Shown: in pieces, positions 1-9,380 of the stretch | How positions within the stretch are numbered: position 1 is the first letter of the stretch | Layout of the letters: the number at the start of each line of letters is the position of its first letter | Virus record (IMG/VR): IMGVR_UViG_3300043436_001870 | Coordinates: 1-64,000 of that record | Length of the DNA stretch: 64,000 nt | Strand: one strand, 5' to 3' | Source: a virus | Notes under the pieces: model-generated | What the model saw: only the letters and a program-made list of their open reading frames with translations | What the model was told of the DNA's origin: nothing | Database searches by the model: none | Program-made: the position numbers and the translations under genes

Positions 1-41
1 TTATCATACAGAGGTATGTCAGTGTAGAAATATGAGTCCAT
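1..41 (-). CDS. 5' fragment of next gene, possibly terminase large subunit (runs off window)
   Basis: ATG at 41 overlaps stop of 41..559; frame MDSYFYTDIPLYD open to window edge; identity inferred only from crAss-like gene order. Confidence 0.3.
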   Translation of the reverse strand, partial: MDSYFYTDIPLYD

Positions 42-559
42 TACATTTGGTCATATGCAAGACCAGCTCCTCCACGGACACGGCCTTTTTGTTCTTCTTG
101 TAAATCTTTGTAGGCTCCTTTGAATGACTGTCTGATATCATCAAAGTCTTTGGCCATAGCTCTAATCTGACCAATATTACCATCCCTACCATCAGTAATT
201 CTAGTATTTTTCATATAACCAGCAATGTTATCAAGAGCTATTTTAATACCCTCATAAGCTCTGCTAGTTGGTGTCTCATACATTTTCCGGCAGAAGTCCA
301 AAGCAATAAGAATATCAGTGTCCTCTGTGCTGAACTCAGCATTAATTTCATTGATGATGATGTCCTCTTTTTCAGCGTCTAGTAAATGAAAAAATGGATT
401 AAGATCAGGATTAGGACAGGTCATGTAGAACAAGTATTCGTAGATCTTGATATGATCTTCTGGATAGTCATCCATGATTTTCTTTAATGTCTTGAGGGTG
501 TAACAATGCTCCGTAGGAACAACCTTACCACCCTGTATATCAAATAGTTTTATTGTCAT
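41..559 (-). CDS. conserved crAss-like packaging-region protein (possible terminase small subunit)
   Basis: 172 aa; ITDGRDGNI and RGGAGLAYDQ motifs resemble genes preceding the terminase in crAss-like phages. Confidence 0.5.
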   Translation of the reverse strand: MTIKLFDIQGGKVVPTEHCYTLKTLKKIMDDYPEDHIKIYEYLFYMTCPNPDLNPFFHLLDAEKEDIIINEINAEFSTEDTDILIALDFCRKMYETPTSRAYEGIKIALDNIAGYMKNTRITDGRDGNIGQIRAMAKDFDDIRQSFKGAYKDLQEEQKGRVRGGAGLAYDQM

Positions 560-1364
560 CTTTCATGTAATTTATAATACTAATTACCTCATCTTTAAGA
601 TAAGGCAAATGATATTGTACAATCTTATCTACAACCGGTTCTCCTTTGTCATCATAAAGAACTACTCTGTTATCATATGCATCCTTACCAGCTTCTTTGA
701 ATAGAATATGTTCAATCACAAGCTTCCCAGCTTTAAGCTTAGGATTGTGCTTAAGAATAATATACATATAGATACTCAACTGAATGTTGTAATGATTTAG
801 ATTACAGTCATCCAAATGATTAACTGGAGCTAACATTTTCTTGGTAATACCCTCCCAGTTGGTAAAACCCTCTGATTTGATTTCCTTGTTAGTCTTATAG
901 TCATAGATGTTGACTATACCATTAATTACTTCTACTCTATCAGCCTGACCACAGATACCGGCTGATTTAAGATAGACCATATGTTCAGGATAAATACCAT
1001 TATCAAGTTTCTGAACTGGAGCCTGTTTGATTCCATCCTTTTCTATATATGGTACTATGGGAATGACACAGTCTTCAATACTAATTGTGCTACAAGATAG
1101 AAGATCACGTTCTCTCTGGGCATGATACCAAGACCCAAGGTTCACGGCTTTTAGAGATTCATTTTTCCAGGCTTCCTTGATTACCTCTGGATCAAGACCA
1201 TACCATTTACTTTTTTTGTTCTTTGCTGCTTTTGCTGCAATGGTATCAGCATCAAAAGGTTCTTTGAATTTAGAAATAACACTTGTAACACTAGTCCATT
1301 CAATTGATTCAGAAGGATCTATGTTAATGTATTTATGTTCCTGCGGTAGAAAAAGTATAGCCAT
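540..1364 (-). CDS. PD-(D/E)XK (Cas4/RecB-like) nuclease
   Basis: GICGQADRV...IYDYKTNK...HYNIQLSIY catalytic motifs. Confidence 0.8.
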   Translation of the reverse strand: MAILFLPQEHKYINIDPSESIEWTSVTSVISKFKEPFDADTIAAKAAKNKKSKWYGLDPEVIKEAWKNESLKAVNLGSWYHAQRERDLLSCSTISIEDCVIPIVPYIEKDGIKQAPVQKLDNGIYPEHMVYLKSAGICGQADRVEVINGIVNIYDYKTNKEIKSEGFTNWEGITKKMLAPVNHLDDCNLNHYNIQLSIYMYIILKHNPKLKAGKLVIEHILFKEAGKDAYDNRVVLYDDKGEPVVDKIVQYHLPYLKDEVISIINYMKDDNKTI

Positions 1365-1581
1365 GTTGTGTGTTTAGAATAGTTTTTGCAATAAAGTAAT
1401 CAGTTTGATCACGTGAGTTCAACATCTGATCTAGTCTGTCTGATTCTTCTTGTGATATTTTTTTATGTTCTAACAAGAAATCTAAGTAATCAAGCATGTT
1501 TCTTAATTCCATCTCCTCTCTGATAGCAGCATCAATCCTCTCAATTCCGGCTGGACCGGTGTACATCTTATACGTTCTCAT
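1333..1581 (-). CDS. hypothetical protein carrying shared helical motif
   Basis: 82 aa, overlaps neighbours; ISQEESDRLDQMLNSRDQTDYFIA motif. Confidence 0.6.
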   Translation of the reverse strand: MRTYKMYTGPAGIERIDAAIREEMELRNMLDYLDFLLEHKKISQEESDRLDQMLNSRDQTDYFIAKTILNTQHGYTFSTAGT

Positions 1582-1894
1582 TATCAGAGTTGATATGATT
1601 ATCTAATGCATCATCTTCTTCTTCGGATAATACAGCATCCCATTTACCAGCCTCACACTTTGAGGATAGAGATCTCTGCAAGAACTGTAAAGAACAGCCA
1701 CAGACACCACAGCATGGTTGAGTACCAGGCATAAAACATTTGTCACCAGATCTATCTATAAGATTACATGATTGACAAATAGCATCTCTCTGTAGTGCAA
1801 TCTCTTCTATATGTTCTTGTTTAAAGACAGAGTTCTTAATTCCCTCAAAAATTTTCCCCTTGTCCTTCCATATTTCCAATAGACTTTTTCCCAT
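1568..1894 (-). CDS. Cys-rich Zn-binding protein
   Basis: CQSC, CCGVCGC, CEAGKW. Confidence 0.65.
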   Translation of the reverse strand: MGKSLLEIWKDKGKIFEGIKNSVFKQEHIEEIALQRDAICQSCNLIDRSGDKCFMPGTQPCCGVCGCSLQFLQRSLSSKCEAGKWDAVLSEEEDDALDNHINSDNENV

Positions 1895-2252
1895 ATCTTT
1901 CTTCTCTTAAATCTTTTTTCTTCAACATTTCCTTTAATATTTGCTCTTTGAGACCACCAAACTTAGTGAGTCTTTCAGTAGCAATCTTGTAGAGAGGATA
2001 CCTGTCATAGTTCTTAGGATTAATACCTCTCAGGTAAATCTGGTTTTTCTCAATCTCTTGCTGCAAATTCTTTAGTCTTACATAGAATGTCCCAAAGTTC
2101 TCAATATGAATATAGGCATCATTAAGATTTTCCATTTTCTTTCTAAGATTAGTCCAATAGAAAGATACAATGTCTGATACTTCAGACTCAGGAATTCCTA
2201 ACTGATCAGCTAGTTCCTTATAAAGATCATTTGCCTTCTTTGGGTTCAACAT
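1845..2252 (-). CDS. HU/IHF-like DNA-binding protein
   Basis: LYKELADQLGIPESEVSDIV...IHIENFGTFYVR matches the HU/IHF fold; typical crAss-like position. Confidence 0.7.
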   Translation of the reverse strand: MLNPKKANDLYKELADQLGIPESEVSDIVSFYWTNLRKKMENLNDAYIHIENFGTFYVRLKNLQQEIEKNQIYLRGINPKNYDRYPLYKIATERLTKFGGLKEQILKEMLKKKDLREERYGKKSIGNMEGQGENF

Positions 2253-2601
2253 ATATAAACTTGTAGTCTAATAGAATATTACCTGTAATCTGAATTTTCA
2301 TATCTGGGTTCAAGGATATCTTCTTTTTACTCTTACCATTCTTCACAATTAGTCCTTTTTTCTCAGCCTTTGTAATAGCATTTCTAACTGATTGGCTACT
2401 ACCAAAGATTTTATTCTTGGTAGCAGCCTCACAAAACTCAGTTAGTTCTTTTTCACCGGCAAGAGCCAAAAAGGCTAAACAAGACAAATCTTGATCAGAT
2501 ACGTTCAATTGTTTCAGATGACAATGCACAGCAAGCTGGAACTTTACAATGCCCCAGAGATCCATCTTTACATTTTTCCGTACTTGATTAACTATTGCCA
2601 T
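2227..2601 (-). CDS. winged-helix DNA-binding protein
   Basis: SSQSVRNAITKAEKKGLIVK...ISLNP wHTH-like pattern. Confidence 0.55.
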   Translation of the reverse strand: MAIVNQVRKNVKMDLWGIVKFQLAVHCHLKQLNVSDQDLSCLAFLALAGEKELTEFCEAATKNKIFGSSQSVRNAITKAEKKGLIVKNGKSKKKISLNPDMKIQITGNILLDYKFIYVEPKEGK

Positions 2602-2873
2602 TACTGTTCTTTTCTAAGGGTTCTTGGTTTTGAACCATCAGTTGGTTCTGAATTAGGTTGGTCTGTATTAGCTGCCTGAGGAGCCATAATCTGAGCCACT
2701 CTCATTACAGCCATAGCACGTCTTGCTTCTAATTCTTGAAGCTCTGTAATTAGAGTTTCATAATCCTTCTGAACTTGTAGGAAAGGAATCTGTGATTCAT
2801 AGTAGCTCTGAATCTCCTTTTGTTTTGCAGCCATTTCTTCTGCATTGAACTGTTGTTCTGCTTGATTTAACAT
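2601..2873 (-). CDS. coiled-coil hypothetical protein
   Basis: start moved to MLNQ (2873) because the promoter lies at 2897-2927. Confidence 0.65.
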   Translation of the reverse strand: MLNQAEQQFNAEEMAAKQKEIQSYYESQIPFLQVQKDYETLITELQELEARRAMAVMRVAQIMAPQAANTDQPNSEPTDGSKPRTLRKEQ

Positions 2874-2896
2874 GTTGTTGGTTTTAAATTGTAAGA

Positions 2897-2927
2897 CAAA
2901 TATAGTAAAAGGTTTAAACTTTACAAA
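2897..2927 (-). promoter_or_regulatory. Bacteroidota sigma-A type promoter
   Basis: minus strand TTTG-N19-TATATTTG, exact match to the -33/-7 consensus, just downstream of a terminator. Confidence 0.75.
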
Positions 2928-2935
2928 TTTAAACA

Positions 2936-2967
2936 AAAGAAAAGCCTGAGTTTACACCCAGGCTTCT
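2936..2967 (-). terminator. intrinsic terminator
   Basis: minus strand AAGCCTGGGT-GTAA-ACTCAGGCTT followed by TTCTTTT. Confidence 0.8.
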
Positions 2968-3001
2968 TAACCCATAAAACACTAAACAATGACAAGAAAG
3001 C

Positions 3002-3370
3002 TTAACCGTCTTTCTTGGCTTTTATATATCCTGTCAATTCTGAAAGATTGGTATTCATAGTAGACAAGTGTCCAGACATAGCATCTATTTTTACTTCTAA
3101 CTTCTCATGAGCAATTTTCTGCTCTTCTTTAATCTCATCAATTCTTTTGTAGATTAGTTGTTCTTTTTTATCAGAATCATCTTTGTGGTCTTTCATAGCC
3201 TGCATAACAGATTGGTGATCATTTTTTTGTTTAGATTCTAGATCCTCAAGATCATTACCAACCTTTTCTACAGATCTTTTAAGAGCATAGTAGAAGCCAA
3301 GAAAAGAGCCAATCCCTACAACTATGGTGACTACATCCTTGACATTAAAAGTTAGAGAAGTTACTTCCAT
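3002..3370 (-). CDS. membrane-anchored coiled-coil protein (holin/antiholin-like)
   Basis: N-terminal TM helix then heptad coiled coil. Confidence 0.55.
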   Translation of the reverse strand: MEVTSLTFNVKDVVTIVVGIGSFLGFYYALKRSVEKVGNDLEDLESKQKNDHQSVMQAMKDHKDDSDKKEQLIYKRIDEIKEEQKIAHEKLEVKIDAMSGHLSTMNTNLSELTGYIKAKKDG

Positions 3371-4003
3371 TTAGTATGTCTTATTTAAAATAAATATGTC
3401 ACTGTAAATACTATTTCCAGCATTAGCACTTCCCCATTGTACAGTAATATCTAATGTATTAGCTATTGTAGTATTAAAGGTAGTGTTGTTTACTGTATTA
3501 AATGCAAATCCTTGAGTACTACTATTTGATGTCTTAACATAGTGAAAGGTACCTAAAGACACAATAGAACCAACACCAGCAGCACCTAATTGTCTAATGG
3601 TGAAGTCTACATTTAAAGAAAATACATCATTAGTGATATTTGAAATAGGTTGAGCTCCGCTATCTATAAGAACCACACTACCAGTCTTTACTCTAATTCT
3701 TATGGTTTGATTATTTACAGTATTTAAAACACCTGCTACTATAGCTCTAAAGCTATCTCCCACTTTAAATCCATTTGCTGGGATAGAAAGAGTACCCACA
3801 CCTCCATTTACTAAAGATGTCTCAACAGTAGTATTTGTAATAGGGATGCTGTCTGCTGTTTGTGCAAACAAACCAAGATTTGTTGTATCAGCTTTGTTTT
3901 CTAAGGTTTCAGCAATAGAATCCAAGGCCTGTAAAACCTTAAGTTCATAATTAAAATTTGAACCTTTGTCTCCTGATTTTGGATTTCCGTTACCTAGTGC
4001 CAT
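3371..4003 (-). CDS. virion/tail accessory protein with conserved N-terminal module
   Basis: beta-rich Thr/Asn/Gly body; first ~30 aa nearly identical to 4153..4734. Confidence 0.6.
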   Translation of the reverse strand: MALGNGNPKSGDKGSNFNYELKVLQALDSIAETLENKADTTNLGLFAQTADSIPITNTTVETSLVNGGVGTLSIPANGFKVGDSFRAIVAGVLNTVNNQTIRIRVKTGSVVLIDSGAQPISNITNDVFSLNVDFTIRQLGAAGVGSIVSLGTFHYVKTSNSSTQGFAFNTVNNTTFNTTIANTLDITVQWGSANAGNSIYSDIFILNKTY

Positions 4004-4151
4004 AATTTATTAATCTTAATGAATTGCTATAATCAGATAGCATTCCGCGATAAGTATCAATTATATCTTCTGAACAGCCTCCCTTTTCTCCACATCTTGA
4101 CTCTGAGTCAAAATATGTTCTGAATGATATTGTAGGTATTTTTTGTGCCAT
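3990..4151 (-). CDS. small hypothetical protein (53 aa, not in ORF track)
   Basis: MAQKIPTISFRTYFDSESRCGEKGGC... fills the gap between two co-oriented genes. Confidence 0.5.
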   Translation of the reverse strand: MAQKIPTISFRTYFDSESRCGEKGGCSEDIIDTYRGMLSDYSNSLRLINYGTR

Positions 4152-4152
4152 G

Positions 4153-4734
4153 TTAGTTTGCAAATGTTACTGTTGTACCTACTGGTACACCAAAGTCCAT
4201 ATCAATATAAATATCACAGGAAAAATTAGCAGATCCTGTTGTAAGGAATGTAATAAACCACTCATTAGATAGTGCTATACTATTATCCAATATAACAAAA
4301 CCATTGACTGCTAATGGGTTACCTGACAAGTCATCAACAGCTAAACTGCTGGTACCGTAAGGAGTAGTAATAACATTAAACACATTAACTTCTCTAGCAA
4401 CTACTTGGTTTTGCGTTGTTAGTGGCAAAAGCTTACTAGATGCAACTAAGACTCCCACAAGATTAGCATAGAATGTGGTACCACCTAAATTAATGATACC
4501 TTTTAGTTTATATACTTCACACTCTATATCATCTTTAGTAGTTATGGTTTGATTCATTTTTACTAAAGCTGCTTGTGCAGCTGGCTCAATTATTCCTTCT
4601 GTATAGATAAAATCCTGTGAACCAACATTTTGGACACTGTTTGCTATACCATCCAATAGCTGCAAAACTTTGAGCTCATAATTAAAATTAGAGCCTTTAT
4701 CACCGTATTTAGGATTACCATTACCTAGTCCCAT
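4153..4734 (-). CDS. virion/tail accessory protein with conserved N-terminal module
   Basis: MGLGNGNPKYGDKGSNFNYELKVLQLL paralogous N-terminus. Confidence 0.6.
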   Translation of the reverse strand: MGLGNGNPKYGDKGSNFNYELKVLQLLDGIANSVQNVGSQDFIYTEGIIEPAAQAALVKMNQTITTKDDIECEVYKLKGIINLGGTTFYANLVGVLVASSKLLPLTTQNQVVAREVNVFNVITTPYGTSSLAVDDLSGNPLAVNGFVILDNSIALSNEWFITFLTTGSANFSCDIYIDMDFGVPVGTTVTFAN

Positions 4735-4841
4735 TACTGTAATGCATTAAGGATTCTTTCTAAAAGTCTCAACACCTTTAATTGAAAGCTGTAGTTAGAC
4801 TTCTTTGATCCTGATTGATAATTATTATTTCCTAGTGACAT
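4734..4841 (-). CDS. 35-aa stand-alone copy of the N-terminal module (not in ORF track)
   Basis: MSLGNNNYQSGSKKSNYSFQLKVLRLLERILNALQ; TAATG-coupled to both neighbours. Confidence 0.75.
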   Translation of the reverse strand: MSLGNNNYQSGSKKSNYSFQLKVLRLLERILNALQ

Positions 4842-5389
4842 TATACTATAGTTTGAAGTTCATAATAGACAAGAAACTCTCCAGTAAACTGATTGGTACT
4901 TCCAACATTAAGCGGAGCTAGATCATAGATATCTGCTATGTAAACACCTGGATTAGTAGTTACACCCATAATATAGGGTTTAGAAGTATCCTTAATATTT
5001 ATAACAGCATAGGCTGTTGTAAACTGAACATAACACTTATCAGCATCAGCAATACCAGCAAGCCCGAGTTCAAATGTAAGCACAGCATTAAAAGGACCCA
5101 GTGCTGAAGTAAATACTGTATCAGCTCCAGATACCTTAATAATACCTTTCTTTGTGGTAATATTAACTGTAGTACTAGTAGGAACATCCATCGTGTAATA
5201 TCCAATAGTTTCCTGACCAGCACCAATTGCCTGGGCAAAATCAGAAACACTCATACCATATGAGAGATATTTATCATCTCTTTTTTCATAGGTAACATTA
5301 GTTCCTAGTACCACGAGATCATCTGGTGATTGAAGCTGTTGTTTAACTAACTTCTTTTTTACTAAGTAAATCCAATTTAGAATATCCAT
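4841..5389 (-). CDS. virion accessory/fibre-like protein
   Basis: MDILNWIYL...KRDDKYLSYGMSVSDF N-terminus and beta-rich C-terminus; start reassigned to 5389. Confidence 0.55.
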   Translation of the reverse strand: MDILNWIYLVKKKLVKQQLQSPDDLVVLGTNVTYEKRDDKYLSYGMSVSDFAQAIGAGQETIGYYTMDVPTSTTVNITTKKGIIKVSGADTVFTSALGPFNAVLTFELGLAGIADADKCYVQFTTAYAVINIKDTSKPYIMGVTTNPGVYIADIYDLAPLNVGSTNQFTGEFLVYYELQTIV

Positions 5390-5408
5390 AACTATAAAAT
5401 ACAATAAT

Positions 5409-5954
5409 TTATCTTGATATCAAAGGTTTTACTAAACCAAAATATAAAGTTGTTACACCCAATGTAATTGTGCCTGTTTTCCAAATAAAATTTCCAAGTT
5501 CTAACTGACTGTTCTCTTTGGTTAGTTTAACATTTGTAGCTTCCATGTCTTTAAATAAGGTTCTGTAATGCTCCATATTAGCCGTTGCATAAACAGCCTG
5601 AGTCTCAGCCTTTTGAAGATCTTGTTCTAACTTTATATTACGAGCAATTACCTCATTAATTCTTTCTTCAAGTGCTTTGTTTACCCAATACATGGACACA
5701 GCATCCTGACGGTACTGCTCTTTCCACAAAAGTTTTTCCAGGGTGATCTGTTCCTGAAGTTCATTCAAGAATACACCTTTCTCCTGTTGATATGTAATTC
5801 TCTTAGGAGGTAGAACAGGTTTGGGTAAACTATCAATAAGGGAGACTGTCCTTTCTACTCCATTCGTCTGTCCATAAGCTGTCCCGGAACTCAGTACTAG
5901 GATTAGACTTAATACGCTGAATAGTAGCACCAGTCTGTTTACGTGATTTTTCAT
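5409..5954 (-). CDS. spanin-like protein (signal peptide, coiled coil, C-terminal hydrophobic segment)
   Basis: lies in the lysis cassette; overlaps 5833..6198 by 122 nt. Confidence 0.5.
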   Translation of the reverse strand: MKNHVNRLVLLFSVLSLILVLSSGTAYGQTNGVERTVSLIDSLPKPVLPPKRITYQQEKGVFLNELQEQITLEKLLWKEQYRQDAVSMYWVNKALEERINEVIARNIKLEQDLQKAETQAVYATANMEHYRTLFKDMEATNVKLTKENSQLELGNFIWKTGTITLGVTTLYFGLVKPLISR

Positions 5955-6198
5955 TCTTCAAAAGTATGTAATTAATTTTTGCTGTTCTCAAACTGTCTCT
6001 GTATCTAAAAGCTTCAAGATCCTTAGCACGGATAATCTGTCTAATCTTTATGCTGTCCTCTACTGACTTAGCCTCCTGGTAGTTTAATTCCTCTTTCAGG
6101 GCTTTATGTTTCTGGGCAGCATACTCATACATCAGTATCAAAGCTAATGACATGATTATAAATATGATAAGTCTCCAATGTTTTTGTATTAGTACCAT
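5833..6198 (-). CDS. inner-membrane spanin-like (Rz-like) protein
   Basis: N-terminal TM plus coiled coil directly after the endolysin. Confidence 0.5.
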   Translation of the reverse strand: MVLIQKHWRLIIFIIMSLALILMYEYAAQKHKALKEELNYQEAKSVEDSIKIRQIIRAKDLEAFRYRDSLRTAKINYILLKNEKSRKQTGATIQRIKSNPSTEFRDSLWTDEWSRKDSLPY

Positions 6199-6824
6199 GA
6201 TGATATTGAATGTATTGTTCCTATTGGTCTGAGGATAACATAAACTCCATCACCCTCTCTTGATTTTCTGTCATTTGTATTACCCTCTACTGTCTGTATA
6301 ATTCCCTCATCAGCCCAACCATCAAAAAATCCGGTGTGTCCTATTCTACCTTTCTTAGGGTAGTAAAGAGTAAAAACATGGCCAGGTTCAGGCATATCTA
6401 AAAATTTACCTTTGTCATACACCAGAGCTTTTCTATTATGAGCTGTAGGTGACCAGGCTGTAATTGTATTACTAAATCCTGCAAGATCTAGGCAGAAAGA
6501 TACAAAGGCTGCACACCATGCATATCCTTTACCAAGTCCTTCATGAGCCAAAAACTCTTCAACTTCAGGACCATCATTCTTACCTGTCTTCTCCCTAACT
6601 CCAACATACCCTCTGTATATCTCTACAAGCTTATTCTTTCTATCTTGTAGGGAAACTGCTTGTTCCCATTCTGGAGCATCCTGAACTACCTCGGGCTCCT
6701 CAGGAGTAAGGTAATCAATGCTGCCAGTAGTAGGAGAGATTACTTGACTACGTCCACAACTACATAGAAGTAGAGTGCTAATAATAGCAATTGCAAGACC
6801 GGTATAAAAATTACTCTTACCCAT
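6189..6824 (-). CDS. CHAP-domain endolysin/amidase with lipoprotein-like signal
   Basis: WCAAFVS, GHTGF and EGNT CHAP motifs; hydrophobic N-terminus ending LLLCSC. Confidence 0.85.
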   Translation of the reverse strand: MGKSNFYTGLAIAIISTLLLCSCGRSQVISPTTGSIDYLTPEEPEVVQDAPEWEQAVSLQDRKNKLVEIYRGYVGVREKTGKNDGPEVEEFLAHEGLGKGYAWCAAFVSFCLDLAGFSNTITAWSPTAHNRKALVYDKGKFLDMPEPGHVFTLYYPKKGRIGHTGFFDGWADEGIIQTVEGNTNDRKSREGDGVYVILRPIGTIHSISSWY

Positions 6825-7153
6825 GCTGGTACTTTTTCAAAATCATTCTTTACGTGAGGAGTCAATTCTGCAGTCAGTTTACTTCTCTTTGAGTAGTAAT
6901 ATCTAAACCATCCTCTGTGGTACAAATTTATGGTAATATTTACTACACTCAACCCTAGGAAGTAAACAAATGTTCCAAGGAACACCTTGTTAATCAATCC
7001 AGGACGGAATATTCCTACCTCTGGTCCCCATAGATAAACCAGGAAACTAGACATTACTAGGAAAAGAATAAAGAGTATTGGAACTAACCACACTCCCTCC
7101 CATAGTTGTAGCCATCTAAGTAATTTTTTAGCAATTTTTTTCATATTATTCAT
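6740..7153 (-). CDS. putative holin (3 TM)
   Basis: three hydrophobic segments, immediately upstream of the endolysin. Confidence 0.55.
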   Translation of the reverse strand: MNNMKKIAKKLLRWLQLWEGVWLVPILFILFLVMSSFLVYLWGPEVGIFRPGLINKVFLGTFVYFLGLSVVNITINLYHRGWFRYYYSKRSKLTAELTPHVKNDFEKVPAWVRVIFIPVLQLLLLALYFYVVVDVVK

Positions 7154-7430
7154 TATTTAATTCATCTTCCAATACCTGCGGATCACCAAGATCTTCAGTA
7201 ACAACTACTGGAATTACAGCAGTATACTGAGCAAGTGTCAATTCGGTTACAGTTATTGTAACAATTGGTTCCTCTCCTCCACACATTCTTTTAGCAGATA
7301 CCCTTGCATGTAGCTCAGCATGAACAGTTTCCTGATCATAATTGATATCTTCACAGGACTGATATATTGTACTTGTATTTGAATTTCCATTAGGAAGAAC
7401 AAACTCAGCAACCAATTTAAAGTATCTCAT
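7146..7430 (-). CDS. hypothetical protein, possible fibre assembly factor
   Basis: 94 aa acidic protein coupled to the tail fibre gene. Confidence 0.45.
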   Translation of the reverse strand: MRYFKLVAEFVLPNGNSNTSTIYQSCEDINYDQETVHAELHARVSAKRMCGGEEPIVTITVTELTLAQYTAVIPVVVTEDLGDPQVLEDELNNE

Positions 7431-8755
7431 ATTGTACCTCCTTTCTTACTAAGTGCAAGATAGTCAACATCTAAGGTTCTAGAAGTTGTACCAGCAGATT
7501 TTTGAATACCCATACTTGGTGCACCACCATAAGCTGATGATACTCTAACAAACATGCTATTTACAGTATAGACAACACCACCATCCGCTGAGTAGAAATA
7601 TACACAGTCTCCATTGGTATTAGGATACCAGCATCCAAGCACTACAGAATTAGTACTTAAAGGTAATGCTGATATGGTAGTACTAATTATAGTATTTGAT
7701 GTATTTGCTGCACGACATTGCCAGAAGGTACTATTAATATCAGCGACCCATCCAACACCAGAAGTAAAGTTAACACCACTAGAAAGAGCAGTCTGAGAAA
7801 CACCCATCATAGCATACCAGTTTTCAGCAACTGTAGGTGCCGTTGGTAATTGAAGTCTTGATACAACAAGAGCTTTAGACCCACCACCACCTGTTACCAA
7901 ATTCCATTGTCCACGAGGATTTGACTTAATTGTAGATGCTCCTGTAGTTGTAGTACCAGTGCTTAAACCAATAGTACCAATTGCTTGAGACAAAGGATTT
8001 TCATTTCTTGCCAATGCTCCTGTTCCAGTAGCCAAAGCAAATCCTGTGTTACTGAATGCAGAAGTAACAGCAGCTCCATAGTTAACACCTAGAAAATCTT
8101 CATAGTAATCATGACCATTATTTGTCTTACTTCCAAACTGAGCCCATTCAACTCCATCATAAAGGAGAGTTACTGTTTCTTCTGGAAAGAGGAAGTATGC
8201 TCCCCGACCATCAAATCTGAATCGATTGGCAGCAAGAGATCCTGTACCACCATTCTCTAAAAGAATGAGGTTATCCGTAGACATATTACGAATAGATACA
8301 ATTCTACCAGCAGTACCATTGGCTAAACCACTGATAATATTGATCTTGTTAGTAATGTTTGGTGTATGATGAATAACCTTGATAATATCTGTTGTACCAG
8401 GCCATCCAACAGGAGCCCAGTTATCCAATCTCTCAGTAGTAGTTGATGTAGCTAGTACAGCTAAATCAATATTACCAACATTTAAAGTTGTTCCTGATAA
8501 ATCTAAACCGGTTCCAAGAGTAATCTCCTCCATAACTCCTGTACCTGCACTACCCCTACCAATTAATCTATTGGTATTCATCAGGGTGGATATTACAGGA
8601 GTCAAACCACCAGATGAGGTAATAGGACTTGTAGCAGTTACAGAGGTAACCCCACCACCACCGGCAGGAAACTTCTGTTTACCATTGGCACCATAGACCC
8701 TTACTAAAACGGATCCAAATACCTGACCTTGTATGTCTGTTACTCCAAATGCCAT
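7427..8755 (-). CDS. tail fibre / receptor-binding protein
   Basis: GGGGVTSVTATSPITSSGG and EEITLGTGL fibre-like repeats; Gly/Thr-rich lectin-like C-terminal domain. Confidence 0.7.
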   Translation of the reverse strand: MAFGVTDIQGQVFGSVLVRVYGANGKQKFPAGGGGVTSVTATSPITSSGGLTPVISTLMNTNRLIGRGSAGTGVMEEITLGTGLDLSGTTLNVGNIDLAVLATSTTTERLDNWAPVGWPGTTDIIKVIHHTPNITNKINIISGLANGTAGRIVSIRNMSTDNLILLENGGTGSLAANRFRFDGRGAYFLFPEETVTLLYDGVEWAQFGSKTNNGHDYYEDFLGVNYGAAVTSAFSNTGFALATGTGALARNENPLSQAIGTIGLSTGTTTTGASTIKSNPRGQWNLVTGGGGSKALVVSRLQLPTAPTVAENWYAMMGVSQTALSSGVNFTSGVGWVADINSTFWQCRAANTSNTIISTTISALPLSTNSVVLGCWYPNTNGDCVYFYSADGGVVYTVNSMFVRVSSAYGGAPSMGIQKSAGTTSRTLDVDYLALSKKGGTI

Positions 8756-9081
8756 TATGCTGTAGTTGATGTTTCATTTATTTCAAAGAAACAGTTTGTA
8801 TTTGCAGCTGAGATGTTCACCTCAATTGAGTCACCTACATTCAGCTTGTAGGATGTGCTGTCAACTACAACATCCCCAGCCGATAATGTAAAACTATAAC
8901 CAACAACACTTGATGCTGGATTTATTCTATTTACCGTAAAGGTTATATTATATGCAGATGGGTTGTTAAACCTAATTGCAGATATTGATGCAAAGTATCC
9001 AGGAGGACATGTATACAATGTAGTAATACCAGCAGGTAATGTATCCTGATATAGTATACTTCTAAAAGGTAGTTGTGGCAT
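8755..9081 (-). CDS. small beta-sandwich virion protein
   Basis: TTLYTCPPG...KLNVGDSIEV pattern common in phage structural accessory proteins. Confidence 0.5.
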   Translation of the reverse strand: MPQLPFRSILYQDTLPAGITTLYTCPPGYFASISAIRFNNPSAYNITFTVNRINPASSVVGYSFTLSAGDVVVDSTSYKLNVGDSIEVNISAANTNCFFEINETSTTA

Positions 9082-9371
9082 TACTTCTTCTTTTTATTGT
9101 TACCCTTACCATTTCTACGACGATTTGAGGACTGATTCTCCTTTACAAGCTTGCCCTCAGTAGTATGGGACATGTCCTTACCATCTCCATTACCATAGGT
9201 GCCGGCCCTACGGTTAGCTGTATTCAACTTTGCTCTATACTTGTTCCTCTCCTCAGATGAATGATACTCTTTATTATATGCATTCTTCTTAGCACGTGCC
9301 TCAGGATTAGCAGCAAAGTACTTAGCCGACTTAGATTTACCCGTAGATTTTCCTGCAAGCTTGTTTCTCAT
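9081..9371 (-). CDS. basic HNH-like protein
   Basis: GDGKDMSH...ENQSSNRRRN degenerate HNH; very Lys/Arg rich. Confidence 0.5.
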   Translation of the reverse strand: MRNKLAGKSTGKSKSAKYFAANPEARAKKNAYNKEYHSSEERNKYRAKLNTANRRAGTYGNGDGKDMSHTTEGKLVKENQSSNRRRNGKGNNKKKK

Positions 9372-9380
9372 ATGACAAAA

